Source of the DNA: Tubulanus polymorphus
Taxonomy: Eukaryota > Animalia > Nemertea
Direction: 5' to 3'
DNA: 64,000 bases
Assembly: GCF_964204645.1 (NCBI RefSeq)
Contig: NC_134026.1
Location: 22,540,150-22,604,149 of the forward strand
Shown: positions 36,307 through 56,021 of the stretch, in pieces
Numbering within the stretch: position 1 is the first letter of the stretch
Layout: each line of letters starts with the position of its first letter
Program-made: the position numbers and the translations under genes
Notes under the pieces: generated by a model
Told to the model about the DNA's origin: nothing
Database searches by the model: none
Seen by the model: only the letters and a program-made list of their open reading frames with translations

Positions 36307-37697
36307 ATAGCCCGATATGCCGGCAACAGATAAATAAAAAATACGCTACAATATTGTCTGTGTAAGTGTTTAGACTGTTACAATGTAACTTTCTTGGGGT
36401 AGGGCACGATATATAGGACCTGCACGGTCAGCTCGGGATACGACTGGGCCGGGGACTTAACCACGCTGGAACTTGAGAATCGTATATCGAATTTTCACGG
36501 GTTATTCGCGGAATTCGTATAAAACCACGACTTACAGATAACTCGTAAAAATATGACTTACACATAACTCGTACATCACGTAAGTCGTCGCAAAATCGTC
36601 AGTCCCGAGGGCTTCGACTTATGCGGGGTTGACTGTATATGGAATTGAATTTTTAGTCAGTTTTGCCAAGTCCTTCGCAATTATTTTCTCACAATATAGG
36701 CCTATGTTGTTTCATAAAAGGTAAACCCAGATAGTTAAGTAATATGTTATTAATAGTAATGAGTCACATCATTTTAAGTTGGCAATGATGAATGCTAGTT
36801 TTACGCTATGATGTCAATAAAGTAGTACGTAATTGTGCAAGCGGAAACTTCAATAGTTCATTATTTATTTATTTAACGTTCACACTATTTTCGTGGAGGT
36901 AATTGGAAATATGGCAACAACGGTTCAGAATGAAGATTACCCGGTATTCTGAATCCGGTCGTTCTTAGTTGCGATGATTTATTTAGGTACCGGTCGTTCT
37001 TAGAAAAGAGATAATTCTGAAATCAGTTTTTCATGAAGTAATCTCTATAAAAGGTAAGTAGGTTAGCGTCATCGATGATACATCGTCAGGTGCTGACACC
37101 TATTGACATCATTTGTAACTCAATGGCGGAAGTAAATGTGGGAGTATATGTCAAAATACAAATTGTTTTTGAATAAATCGAAGAATTACCAGCAGTGCTG
37201 GGTGTGTGAAGGTGCGATAATTATACAGATCTGAAAGTCTTAAACTGGGGCAATAGGAAGATGCGATAGTATAGAATGTAGTAGGCCTCTAGGCGCCGTT
37301 GGATATATGAATTAATTAGTTGCTAAAACTGTGCTGTCACTACTGTCAGTCAGTGTCAATTGACAATTGTCATGTCAGAGTACTGTCATAGGGATTTGAC
37401 TTAAAAAGTTTATAGTACCTAGGATACTGGGGTCAAAACTTTTTGTAACAAGTCCCTGTCTCAAAGTAGGCTAAATAAACCTACTGTAGAAGGCTGTTAG
37501 AACCATCGTTTTACTTTCATTTCTTCATAAATTACACATTGATTTAAGGCAAGGCTTAGGTCCAACAAATTTTTCTTTTCACTGGGAAAAATATTGTTTT
37601 CTAGGTCTCCTGAGTAGTTTGAAATCAAAACGAATTGATTGCATTGAAATACTACTACTACTGCTATAATCTGACGTACTACTACTGATCAATCATC

Positions 37698-40600
37698 ATG
37701 TCAAATTATAACCAAACTCGAGGATCCTACGAAGAGGGATTCACATCTTATCATTCAGGAGGTAAGTGACGGTTTTCTTAGTCCTCTATAAAGGCCTAGT
37801 CAAATCCGCCTGAACCACATTTTTCCTAGTGCTGTTTCTTTTTTGGCAGGTCGTGATAATGCAAATGATTTCAACAGATTATCTCAAGCTATTGGGTCGA
37901 ATATACAAAAAATTACACAAAATGGTAAGTGGAGGTGCTATGGAAAAAGGGTGAAATCCTATAATCCTGATTGGGCATATCTTATCCACAACCGCTCTCC
38001 CTATGAAGTTCATGCAAAACAGATCAAAATTGAGATGTTAAAATTGTAATTTGAACTAATGTCTTTTTCAACCTGACTTTAGAGCATTCCTGGTGGCCTA
38101 GCTCAGTCAGTTTTAGTCATACATACCTGATAGAAGTCTTATTAGGAACAGAATGCAATGGCAGCTGACCTAAAATATCGTTTTTTAATCCACTTTAAAA
38201 TAAACTGTATTGAAGGATATCCAAAAAATCTGCATTGAGAGGGGTTCATGAGAGAAAAGAGACTCCATGATTTGAAAGTTTAACAATATGTCTCCATGCC
38301 TACCAACTGAAGTTTGGTATGTAGGCATGGAAACATCTTGTTAAACTTTCAAATCATGGAGTCACTTCTCTTCATTTAACCCCTTTAAGTGAAGACTTTT
38401 TGGATATCCTTCAATACAGTTTCAAATGGGTTAAAAAATGATGATATCGGTCTGCCAGTCCTTTCTGGTCCTACTAAGACCTTTATCAGGTATGTACTAC
38501 CAAAAATGAACGAGCTAGGCCACCCGGAATGCTCTCAAGTCAGGTTGAAATAGACATTAGGCGCTGAAATCATTGGGAGCAAATTTTTTCTCGCAGTTTC
38601 TTCGGTGCAACGAATGGTTGGTCAAATCGGAACATCGCGTGATTCAGAACATCTGCGAGAAGAACTGTGAGTATCTAAAAACATTTATTTCTCTGATCGG
38701 TTGATTTTCGCTATCATTTGACCCTAGAAAAGGCAGAAATGATATGCCTACAATCAATAGTACCAGTATATAAGAAAATTAAAGAAATTCTGCAAGTCAT
38801 ATTTGGCTTAAACTATTGAAATCCAAAATGTGAGTTATAATTGTGTCTATATCATTTTGTCATCTGTACATTAGGCCTACCGTATATATTTTTAGCCACA
38901 AAATTGAACACTACACAAACCAACTTGCCAAAGATACAAATAAACAGTTGAGGGATATGGTTAATCTATCAGCTCCAGCATCATCATCAGAGCAGGTATA
39001 GTGTCAAATTTACCTATTGATAAACACCTTTTCGAGAACCAAGAGTGGCTGAAGGATTTCTTCTTACCCTCATCCTCACCCCTAGCAGATGAGGGTCTCA
39101 ACTGAAAGTGCTGTCTGCCGCTTCAAAAGCCAGTGAGGCCCGTCTGATTTCTAGGTCCTTCCCTTTTGCTAGGAGGGCTTTATAGAATTTCCCGCCAGAC
39201 CAAACAGGTACTATACAGATTCGAAAACAATGCTTGATGATCAGTTAGCTTATCACTATATAGTATCTAGTTAAGTTTCTTTGGCCTGTTTCGGCGTCCC
39301 GGAGTTAGAATTGTCATTAGAAAAAAAATCATTTATTCTTGAAGCGACAACGGAAAATGCAGAGGGAAAAACTCACCGATGATTTTTCAAAATCTTTGAA
39401 CAACTTTCAAGTGGCATTACGGAAAGCTGCTGAAAAAGAGAAAGAAAGCATTCGTCGAGCTAGAGTCAACTCAGGGTATGGACCAGTAAGTATATTTGGA
39501 TTTTGTATCTCAGTAATACGTATGAAATATTTTACATTGGATTTATTTTGGTTTGATTGATTTCAATTTGTTAATCGTTGCAGACAGATTTTGAAGGTCT
39601 CCGAAGTACGAGCGATGATCAGTTGATAGACATCGGGTATGTTATTTTAAAACGGGTAACAGAGGATTGTAGAGTTGGAAATTAATACTGAAGATCAATG
39701 AATTGATAGGCCTAGTTGAATGTATGGATTTGTTTCGTTTAGACGCAGCAGCACTTCACAAACTCAGCAAGTTCTGCAAATGGAAGAAGACGTCAATTTA
39801 CAGTTAATTCAAGAAAGGGAAGAATCTGTTAAAAAGTTAGAAGTGAGTTAGAACTATTTATATGGAATCAATGACCCCTTGATATTTACAATATCTTGAC
39901 GTGTAATTTCTTCTTTTTTCCGACAGAGTGATATTATTGGCTTGAATGACATTTTCAAAGAACTGGGCATGTTAGTTCATGAACAAGGAGAGGTTATAGG
40001 TAAGACAAAGAATGACTGGTGGTCAATTTTAATTTTCGTTGCAAAAAATGTTTTTGGACAACTAATTATAAACTTAAATTAGCTATATTGTGTTAAACAT
40101 GCATATTACAAGCTACATAGTCCTGCCTTCTATAATGAAAAATATGTGTGTGGTATTGTAAATTACAGATAGTATCGAAGCAAACGTTGAAAATGCTCAA
40201 ATTCATGTACAAGAAGGAAACACGCAGTTAGAAAAAGCAAGAGATTATCAGGTACATTTTCATATTTGATTTCCACTATTGAAATCTTTGAAAAGTCACT
40301 GTGTAAGAGTAGATAGATATGCTGGTGGCATGTATTTCTAATCTAAACATACTAACTTTCGTGTATTTGGTTAATTCTATTTTCAAATTATTAATAGAAT
40401 ATCATTTTTAGCCCATTTAGGACTTATAGAATCCCAGTGTATATCTTCCCTAGACATATCTGCTGCCCAAAAACTAATCCAGTCAGATTCAAGGTGGCCA
40501 ACTGGTGGCCATCGTTTTTCGCCAAAATCAGCACTTTTTACAGATTTTTGGGAAAGTTTTCAAGGGAAATTTTGAAGATGCTTCAATCAATTATCTTGAT

Positions 40601-41783
40601 CTTTCCTATGTGTATGTATCCTAGGGCCCATCCGCATAAGAAAAATTGGGTTGATCGGCACAAGATTGCTGTCCTATGACTTTTCTTTTTTGGCCAAAAA
40701 TTTCAATGAAATCCGTAATGGGTGTACTTTGGGGAGGGACCTTTAACATTTCAATCAGTCAATTTTCATGCAATTGGTAGCCATCTTATTGTCATCGGTC
40801 CTCATTCGCAGATGAAAAAAGGTTTTTTGGAGGAAAATATCAACAGGTTTTAACTTAGTGTTGATATTTGATAATTGTTAGTACTGTCATAGGATACATC
40901 TCTTCACATGGAATTGGTATCATCCAGGTTTTGTTCTCACTACCAGAGGAGTGGAATATTGAATTCTATTTCTTTTATATTGGTACTGATGCATATTTTG
41001 TTACGTAGCTCATCTCATGTTCTATGAGTATGGCGTGTTTCAAGGTAGTTGGTTTCTGTATATGTACACCAGGGGTGTTGAATATTGAAAGTGTCAGATT
41101 GTTGAGCATTTCGAACCACTTCCCAAGTAGGCATAGAGTCCCTGGACCCTTAGTTTATTTACTAGTTGACACTGTTGAATATTTGCGTTGGTTTTTTTTG
41201 TCACGGCATGTATTGTTTGTTTGTATGTTTAGTTAGTCTGTTTGTACTTGATTTTTTCCTTGTTTCCTCTGTGCATTTCAGTCAAGTGCGCGGAGAAAGA
41301 AGTGCATCCTTGTTTTGATTCTGTTAGCCATATTAATTGTTATCGGTGTAATCATCGGTATAGTTTACGGAACAAAAAGTGGTGGAAAATAAATCAAAGG
41401 TAGAGATCAAGAAATTAGTTTAATGATTTAGATAAACGAATTGCAGCCAACATGAGATGATTGACTCTAATATAGTCAATATTATTGCAAAGACAATGGC
41501 TTCAGCCTGAGAATTTGACTGAAACCATTAAGTAAAAGTACACTTTCACAACAGCACCTAGAGCAAAAATGGGATTTAGGTTTAGTCAATGTCGGTCATG
41601 AAATTGTGGTGAAAATGTCTTGGAATTTCAAGCCCCGAAAAAACCTCCATATTTGATACGTGTATTTGATACGATTCTATTTTTCAGAAACGCTATCGAA
41701 AGAGAATATTCATCATTATTGCAGTTCTTGTCATCGTGATAACGATTTTGGCGCTCATCATCTGGGGGGCGACAAAAAACTAG
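37698..41783 (+). CDS. STX7/STX12: Syntaxin-7/12 (endosomal Qa-SNARE) with two alternative terminal TM exons (41282-41392 or 41688-41783)
   Basis: [97 protein letters not shown] (Qa SNARE), followed by TM exons. Confidence 0.92.
38056..38560. mobile_element. Intact ~505-bp foldback MITE in a syntaxin intron
   Basis: Nearly entirely palindromic; same family as 2832-4256. Confidence 0.85.
40408..41155 (+). mobile_element. Helentron/HINE-like element in the intron before the syntaxin TM exons
   Basis: Starts TTAGCCCATTTAGGAC, ends TTCCCAAGTAGGCATAGAGTCCCTGGACCCTTAGTT; body is the reverse complement of the 56.9-57.1 kb copy. Confidence 0.75.
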
Positions 41784-44432
41784 CAGCAACGTTACTGTAA
41801 TGGAGATAAATGCAAGTCGTTTCGTCATCAGAATTTTAATTTATTACAATATACTTCAAAAGAGGCTTCACGAATCCATTTTTGTTGGTTCCATTCTATC
41901 TAAGCTTGCTTCATGTTTTCTTGTTTATTGAATTGAATCCTCATTACTGTACAGTAAATAACAGATACACCTTTTCAAAGACTTTGATGTTATTTATGCT
42001 TGAATTAATGAAATTCTGTTTGGGACACTTGTGTAAATGCAGCATTACCATCATAGTTTTTACTGCATCAACCCTAGGATGGAAATATTTGGCTTTCCTT
42101 TGGCTATTGGTCTAGTGAAGATCGCAATGATAGAAGTAATTCAGTGCCACATCAGTGTGCAGACCTCTCCTGAGCAATGCAACATATCCATAGTTTACTA
42201 TGTTAACTATTGTAGGTAGGAGGCTTGGATGAATTTTGATGGTCCCCAAATATAATGATATTTCTAGTTCAAGACACCTTCCTGTATATATAAGGTATCA
42301 CTTTTTGACATATGTACATTTTCCTTGCACTTTCAATAATTTTTTCTTCAAAAATCATTGTTTACGCATTCCAATACAATATTCCTGTATTTTGCAATGA
42401 TTTAAAAAAAATGTTTTTACATAACTGGTATGCGTCTTTTGTGCTTGAAATGCATTTGGTTCTTGTTTTGTTAGTTGACAATTTGTTTGATTCAGCCTGT
42501 ACAACACGCACCATGGAGTTTCATATTTTGAATAATCTAATGTTTAAGAAACAATTAATTCGTATTTAATTTTGGAATGGGCTTCCACTATTTCAAGACT
42601 AACAATATTTCTACTAGTAGACTGTCACGCTCGGTCAAATTAGGACCGTTAGAATTCTACTGATTTGCCACAAAGATCAAGTTAAGAAGAGATAAGCGTT
42701 GATTAGTACATAGGTATCGAACAGTCTACTCTATTTTTGTGGTTTCTTAACCGCATTTGCTTGACTGTTATTTTAGGGATAAATATTTGAATGTGAACCT
42801 AGTAATGAAAAATACACTTACCCGGTATACAATGTATTTCAATGAGAATACTTTCAAAAATGTTCATTTTAATATTATTGGATGTTGTAGTGCCCAGTAC
42901 CAGCAATGTGCAAAGTAATGTACCATAATACGTAGAAAAAAGATTTGTGCTAAAATAAATCCTGCATATATGTTATATGTACATAATATTAATCATAAAT
43001 TACTAGAAGTAATTGAAAAATGCAGTTAGAATAATCGCCTCGATAAATAGCTACTTTGAGATCTCAATTCTGTCTCATTTTGAAGAAGTCCTAGGACACC
43101 TGGTAGATAACCAACCCATAAATTCGTAGATGTATATACCTTTAATCTGCCTCTTAGCGTGAATCAGCGGGGTTGGGGCTGATTAGTTGGAATATTTGCG
43201 TAAGCGTACTTCGCTAACCCAGAAACTGTCACTAATTCATAGATTGTCGAAGCTAAAACGTAGATTCACCTATTCTATAGACTATACTAATAATAAAATA
43301 TTTGTCACAAAATCGTGTTGCCAACATTTTCTTAATGTGCTGTAAATTATCGAAGTAAAGGAATTGATAAATTTCTTTTCGAGTGAACGGCTATTTGTTG
43401 TTTATGTGTGTAATAATGAATAGTACTGGGCCAGTTTTATTGACCAAGAACTATTAGTCGAAGCTGAAATAACCTGGGAAGTTGAAACAACTATAAAAGT
43501 GGCCACTGTGTTTTATGCTAGACGAATAGAGCTTTCAATCTGTACATAATGTATAGCATTTTGTGGAAAAATAATATATAAATTGCGCAAATTGTAGGTC
43601 TATTAATTAAGAAGAATATAATAATTTATGTATATTATATTATGATGACAAATCACACAATAAAATTGAAGATGATGTATTGTTGAAATGAAATTTTATC
43701 ATATTTCTTATTTCTGTTTTCAAGCAGTAAGACTTATAGTAACTAGTTTCGACTCATTTTAAGGATTCAAAACTTAGTACACAACTACGAGACCTGAAGT
43801 GCCTAGAATACCATAGCTGCATATGTCATGATACGCAGCTATGACCAAGACTTCTGTTTATAGAGTACACAGTCATTAAGCTGTAGTCATAGCTTGCAGT
43901 ACTGTCTCATCAATTATTTATCCTAATTCTCCACTCCTCTGATAATGAGAATAACAGAAAACAAAATTCTTAACGCTAATTGATATTTATGATGATATTC
44001 ATTTATTTGGCTCATCTTAAATTGGTATAAAATCTAAGAGTATACATGTATACTACCCATATATAGCATATCAAAAAATATATTTACTTTCATCTCAAGT
44101 ACTGATACTGGAGTAAGACAAACATGGACGGAATATTTATTTGAAGCACTTATTTCATATTCTAACATAAAATAACAGATTTTATGACAAAGATGCTAGC
44201 TAAAACAGAAAAGCCTATCCTATACATGTATATCGATAAAATTTACATTTTTATGGTTTTACTTGGGTAAAACCCTATTATCAATCTGCCCCAATGCCTA
44301 CATACTACGATAGATAATTTAGCGGAGACAGAGATATAATATACATCATCATATTAGTAAAGCAGTTTGTTATATTAATACAGCAATGTAATCAAATGCA
44401 GTTTTTGACTGGTTCCACATCCATTCTGTCGA

Positions 44433-50869
<6,437 letters not shown>

Positions 50870-51370
50870 CTCGACTTTTTAACAACGTCGTCGTCGTCGC
50901 CGTAGTTTAAATAGGGTTAATGACTATGCGTGCCACTGTTTCCCGTAAGCTTTGTGCCCTTTTACGAAATAACGAAATCAATGCCTGAAAAAAGTGCAAA
51001 ATTCGATTCATTTCATTAATTGTTGAAGGAAGGCAATTGAATTATTGAAGAAGTACATACAAATATTGAAGAAGTACATAAAAATACAAAAGGCCTTTCT
51101 TTCTTTTCTTTGACTTTGTTTCTAGAACAAGTAAAACAATAACAGCCTTACCGTTTCACATCCATAAACACAATGTCAATGTCATTTAAACATCAATCGA
51201 TCGATTGATTTTCGAGTAATTTTACAAATTTGAAAATTTGTTCATGTCAAAACTTGTCAAATTTGTAAACAGGAAACAGAAAGCGCCAACTAGCGGTTGA
51301 AGTACATCGGTCGTACGGAAACTACCGAAGGTGTCCTTACACGTTCACGGAAACTGCCGACGGCGTTTAC

Positions 51371-51422
51371 CGTGGTTTTCCCCGATTGGCTGAAAATTCT
51401 CGTCCAATCATCGCGCTCCATC
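51371..51422. promoter_or_regulatory. ER stress response elements (ERSE) in the calreticulin/C19orf44 shared promoter
   Basis: 51371-51389 read on the minus strand is CCAAT-CGGGGAAAA-CCACG (exact CCAAT-N9-CCACG). 51404-51422 on plus is CCAAT-N9-CCATC (near match). Confidence 0.8.
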
Positions 51423-51515
51423 TGGCTGTATGTCACGTGGGTTATTAGAGCTTCCTTCCCCTCCATTTAGTTGGCCGTTCACTTGGACCGTGGATAGTTA
51501 GAGTCTCCATCGAAA

Positions 51516-54348
51516 ATGAAGTCTGCAGTGTTTTTACTCAGCTGCTTGATCGGTCTGGCCGTTTCAGAACCGAAAGTATACTTCAAAGAAACTTTTGAAA
51601 GTAAGTGCGACGGTTTAAATAGTGATCTGATACGTTAAATTCTGCTCGAAACCAGAACCCGGAAGTGAAAATCAAATTCAGTAGCCGGCTGGCTGATGCT
51701 GTCGGTGTGGAGGCAGTAATTCAGACATGACATTTGCCATTCCATTCCATACATCTGTATTCTATGTCAGTTTAATGCATTCAAAAATTGTCCATGTTAG
51801 TATGTTATTTTTTGCCGTTTTCTGAAGCTTAGAGTTACTTTCAGTTTCATCTACTCTTAAACTGATCAGATCAGGTCTTTCCTGACTGCCTCGGTCCTCG
51901 TTCACTGTTACAATGGCAGTAATCATAAGGAACCGTTTGACTTTTGCTCCTTTAGCTCATTCTTCGTTTGTTTTGAATTTTTCCAGAGGATCCTATAGCT
52001 GGTGATGATTGGGTGGTGTCCGAACATAAATCAGACTTAGGACAGTTTAAATGGACTGCTGGAAAGTTCTATGGTGATGCCGATAAGGACAAGGGTATGT
52101 TAGATTTATCAAATGTTTGATCTCTAATTAGTTTTCTTCCATATCTGATGTGATGCTTACTTCGATTGTTGTCGGAAAAATTTGCGTATGAATTTTAGGA
52201 TAATATAAGAGAATTTGCTTTACAGGTTTGCAGACAAGTCAGGATGCTCGTTTCTACGGAATCTCAAGAAAGTTCGAGTCGTTTTCGAATGAAGGCAAAA
52301 CCCTAGTCGTCCAGTTTTCTGTGAAACATGAACAGAATATCGACTGCGGCGGTGGTTACTTGAAACTTTACGCTAGCGACGCGAACCAAAAAGATTTACA
52401 CGGAGAGACTCCATACAATATAATGTTTGGTAAGTTTTTCCTTGGTTGGTTATAACCTTCCAGTTCAGCTTATTTAAGAAATGGTTGTCTGTGGTTCTTG
52501 ATCGATAATAAATGTGTCGATCTTGATGAAAGTTGGGCGCATATGTTAGTCTGGGGTCTCGTTTGCAGTGCAAAGAATGCAGCGACATGACCTCATGATC
52601 GAGGAACAAGATCGAAATTCAAGTTGTCTTAACAAAATTTAACTGTTAGTCCTATTTACCTAATCCAAAATGCAATGGAAACTAACGCATGGTAATTTTG
52701 GAGTTTGAGCCCGTCATTGTCACCCATGGCTTGTTCTTGATTTTAGGGTAACCAATTCTTACAGTGAAAGTATTGTTTTCGTTTACAGGCCCTGACATCT
52801 GTGGTCCAGCTACCAAAAAAGTCCATGTGATATTTAGCTACAAAGGCAAAAATTTACTCATTAAGAAAGAGATCCGTTGCAAGGTATGTTGTAGGGCAAT
52901 GTTATTTGAATCACATCATACGCTGTATTTGCAGTAACTATTTTTGTCTAAAATTTGTTTATGAATCTTTAATCCATTTCAATGTTCTTTCTATCCGTTA
53001 GGATGATGTATTTTCGCATTTGTACACTTTGATCGTAAAACCAGACAACACGTACATCGTAAAGATTGACAACGAAAAAGTTGAATCGGGTGAACTAGAG
53101 GCGGACTGGGACTTCCTTCCAGCAAAGAAAATCAAGGTAGGTCTTTCTTATTCCAACAGTTTACCTTGTGATACAGTGGAACCTATGAATCTTTCTGAGG
53201 TTGTTATTCTATGTTTGCACGAACTGCTTTAATTTTTTCTTAAGTCTGAGAACTCTTGAACTGTGTACTCAATATTTGACACTGTATTTAGAATATAACA
53301 CTGCTCGCATTGACACTATGTTTATTTGCATCCATGCTTGACCATTTTATTAAGCGTTGCCTGTGTTTTTATGATTTTAGGACCCTGAAGCAAAAAAACC
53401 AGAAGACTGGGACGAGCGCGAGACTATCGATGATGAAAATGACAAGAAGCCAGAAGACTGGGACAAACCAGAACACATTCCAGACCCAGAAGCCAAGAAA
53501 CCTGATGACTGGGATGATGAAATGGACGGAGAGTGGGAACCACCACAGATTGATAACCCTGAATACAAGGTACATACTGACTCTTAACAGGCATCAATTA
53601 TTAATACGAAGTTGAGATTGTATTTGATAAGCTTCTCTGTTTTAGTTGCTCAGTTTAATGGCTTACTCGAATCTTGAATCGTTTTAGGGAGAATGGAAGC
53701 CAAAACAAGTACCAAATCCTGCTTACAAAGGCAAATGGGTGCACCCAGAAATAGACAACCCAGAATATACTGCTGATGATAAACTATACAGTTTTGATAG
53801 CTTTGGTGTGTTAGGATTAGATCTTTGGCAGGTATGTGATAAGATTGTATTACTTATTATATTGTTGAGATTATGCTACTAGAAGTCTACCTCAAAATGG
53901 GAAAAGATGTGTCTAATAACGAATTTTATTTGCTATTTTTGTTAGGTTAAATCGGGAACTATCTTTGACAACATGTTGATCACTGACGATGAAAAATATG
54001 CTGAAGAATTTGGAAATGAAACCTGGGGTAAAACTAAGGTACGTTGAATCAGACGTGTGTCATCAGAGAATTTATTTTCATGCATTGTTGTTTGTGAAAT
54101 ATTTCTTATCTCGTGTTGTTTGTTTATCGTCATAGGATGCAGAAAAGAAGATGAAAGACGCACAAGACGAGGAGGAAAGGAAGAAGCAAGAGGAAGAAGA
54201 TAAGAAAGCCAAAGAAGAGGAAGAGAAGAATAAGAAAGAAGGCGAAGATAAGGATGACGAGGATGATGAAGACAAAGATGATGAAAAGGAACCGTCGGAT
54301 TCGGAAGAAAACAAAGATGACAAAAAGGAGAAGCACGATGAATTATAA
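51516..54348 (+). CDS. CALR: Calreticulin, multi-exon
   Basis: Signal peptide [51 protein letters not shown]-domain KKPEDWD repeats, acidic tail ending HDEL*. Confidence 0.98.
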
Positions 54349-56021
54349 GAACTGTTAATACTGATGCTGTCCTTATAGAATACTAACCATTAATCTCTCA
54401 TTATCGCTCTATGAAAGTGCATTATCGATTCATCATTTTCACTTGATCATCTCTCATCGCATCATTTAATCTCTTAGAAGTCTCTTGTTGTCGTTGTTAC
54501 CCATGCGGTTGCGCTTTCATAGATACGATTGTGTGTATTTTCAAAGAAAAACCTGTTTATTTTTATCAAGGCATTAGGCAGATTTTTATTTTGTCTTTTC
54601 AACCGTGCAGAGCGGCGCTGGCTGTTTGTTTACAATATTGATATATCATAGATAAGGTACATTCAATCAATTCCGATCTAGCTCTCTTTGTCCGGGTCTG
54701 CCACTCGGAACGAATCCTTGCCAATATCGTTCAAATGTTGCTCGTAGTGTATTGTATGTATATGTGAAGGGCTTGGCATGTTAGAAGTATGACAATCATG
54801 TAATGCCGGAATCATTTTGTCCAACTCTGATTAGGACTAGTTTGATTGTAGTTAAGCGTGAAATTCCAGATTTTGGGGACCATATTGAAGTAAATTTTTC
54901 GAAAGAGAAAGTCATGCTATTTGTGTGTCGTGAAAGAGTTCACCGTTTTGGATGACGGCTCTTCATTTAGGCTAAACTGTGTTTGTGTTAGATAGGGTCA
55001 GTATCAGTATTAGCTATATACATCTCTGTCCTTGGGTTCTCATTTCAATTCCGTACGCCATTGTTCATCGTGTCTTTGATTGTCATCATTCATAACTTGT
55101 ATTCACGAAAATCGGTATATCGGTTCTCATAACACATTCTGACTTTGTGCATTACATGCTCGAAATTCTTTTTGTTTTAAGAAAATTGTGTCTCAAGTCT
55201 GAACTCTTTAATTCATACTTTGTCCGAATTGAATCAAAAAAGGGATTGGAAACAAGTCTTTAAAAGAGTAACGATTTTGTCACTGTTTTGTTTTTTATTC
55301 TGAGGTACGCTTTTGTTATTTAATAATAGTTGATGTGTACATGATATTTTATGTATTTGATTCGGTAACTGTTAATATATTCGGTGTGGTTGGTATGTAT
55401 TTTCATATAACATACTGTATGTCTCTGGACGCTTTTTGTCTTAAAACAGAGCACTCACATCATGCTACTACTGAAAATGCTACTACTACTATTACATACA
55501 TGTTTTCAATGGAGATTCTTCTTTTCACGTGTCAATCCAGTTCACACACAAAATTTTGAGCCGAAAACAATGCTTTTGTACATTGGTAGAATTTTTAAGT
55601 TTTCTGAAAATAATGTACAGGAGATAGTGAACTATAAATAAAGAAAATTGGTATTCGTAAATTATTGGTTTGTTCGTGTTGTTTAAAAACTCGTAGATGA
55701 TGAAAAGTCTCAAGTTTTTAGTATGAACATGCAATGTTTGCTGCTTCCTTCCTGTCGGTCTGTACCCAACCCCTCGGACAATCAGCAGTGTGTACAAACA
55801 GCAGGTAGACGGCTGCAAAGGTTTTTCCTGAGGCTATGGACCCTGTAGTCTACAATTGTCCTTGAGGTTAGGTGAAAAATTTGCTAGGCATGTTCAAATG
55901 GAGAGTAAGAGCCTTTTACAGCAGAAGAAAGAATTTTAAAGCAGCTCTTTAGGTAATCGGTATTGTATCCCGATTGCTGGCAGAAGTTTGAAGTTGATTC
56001 GATCAGAAATATCCATATAAA

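Noticed and set aside
55730-56000. GC-richer stretch with short minus-strand ORFs downstream of calreticulin
   Set aside because: No recognisable protein family, consistent splice pattern or RNA motif could be supported.
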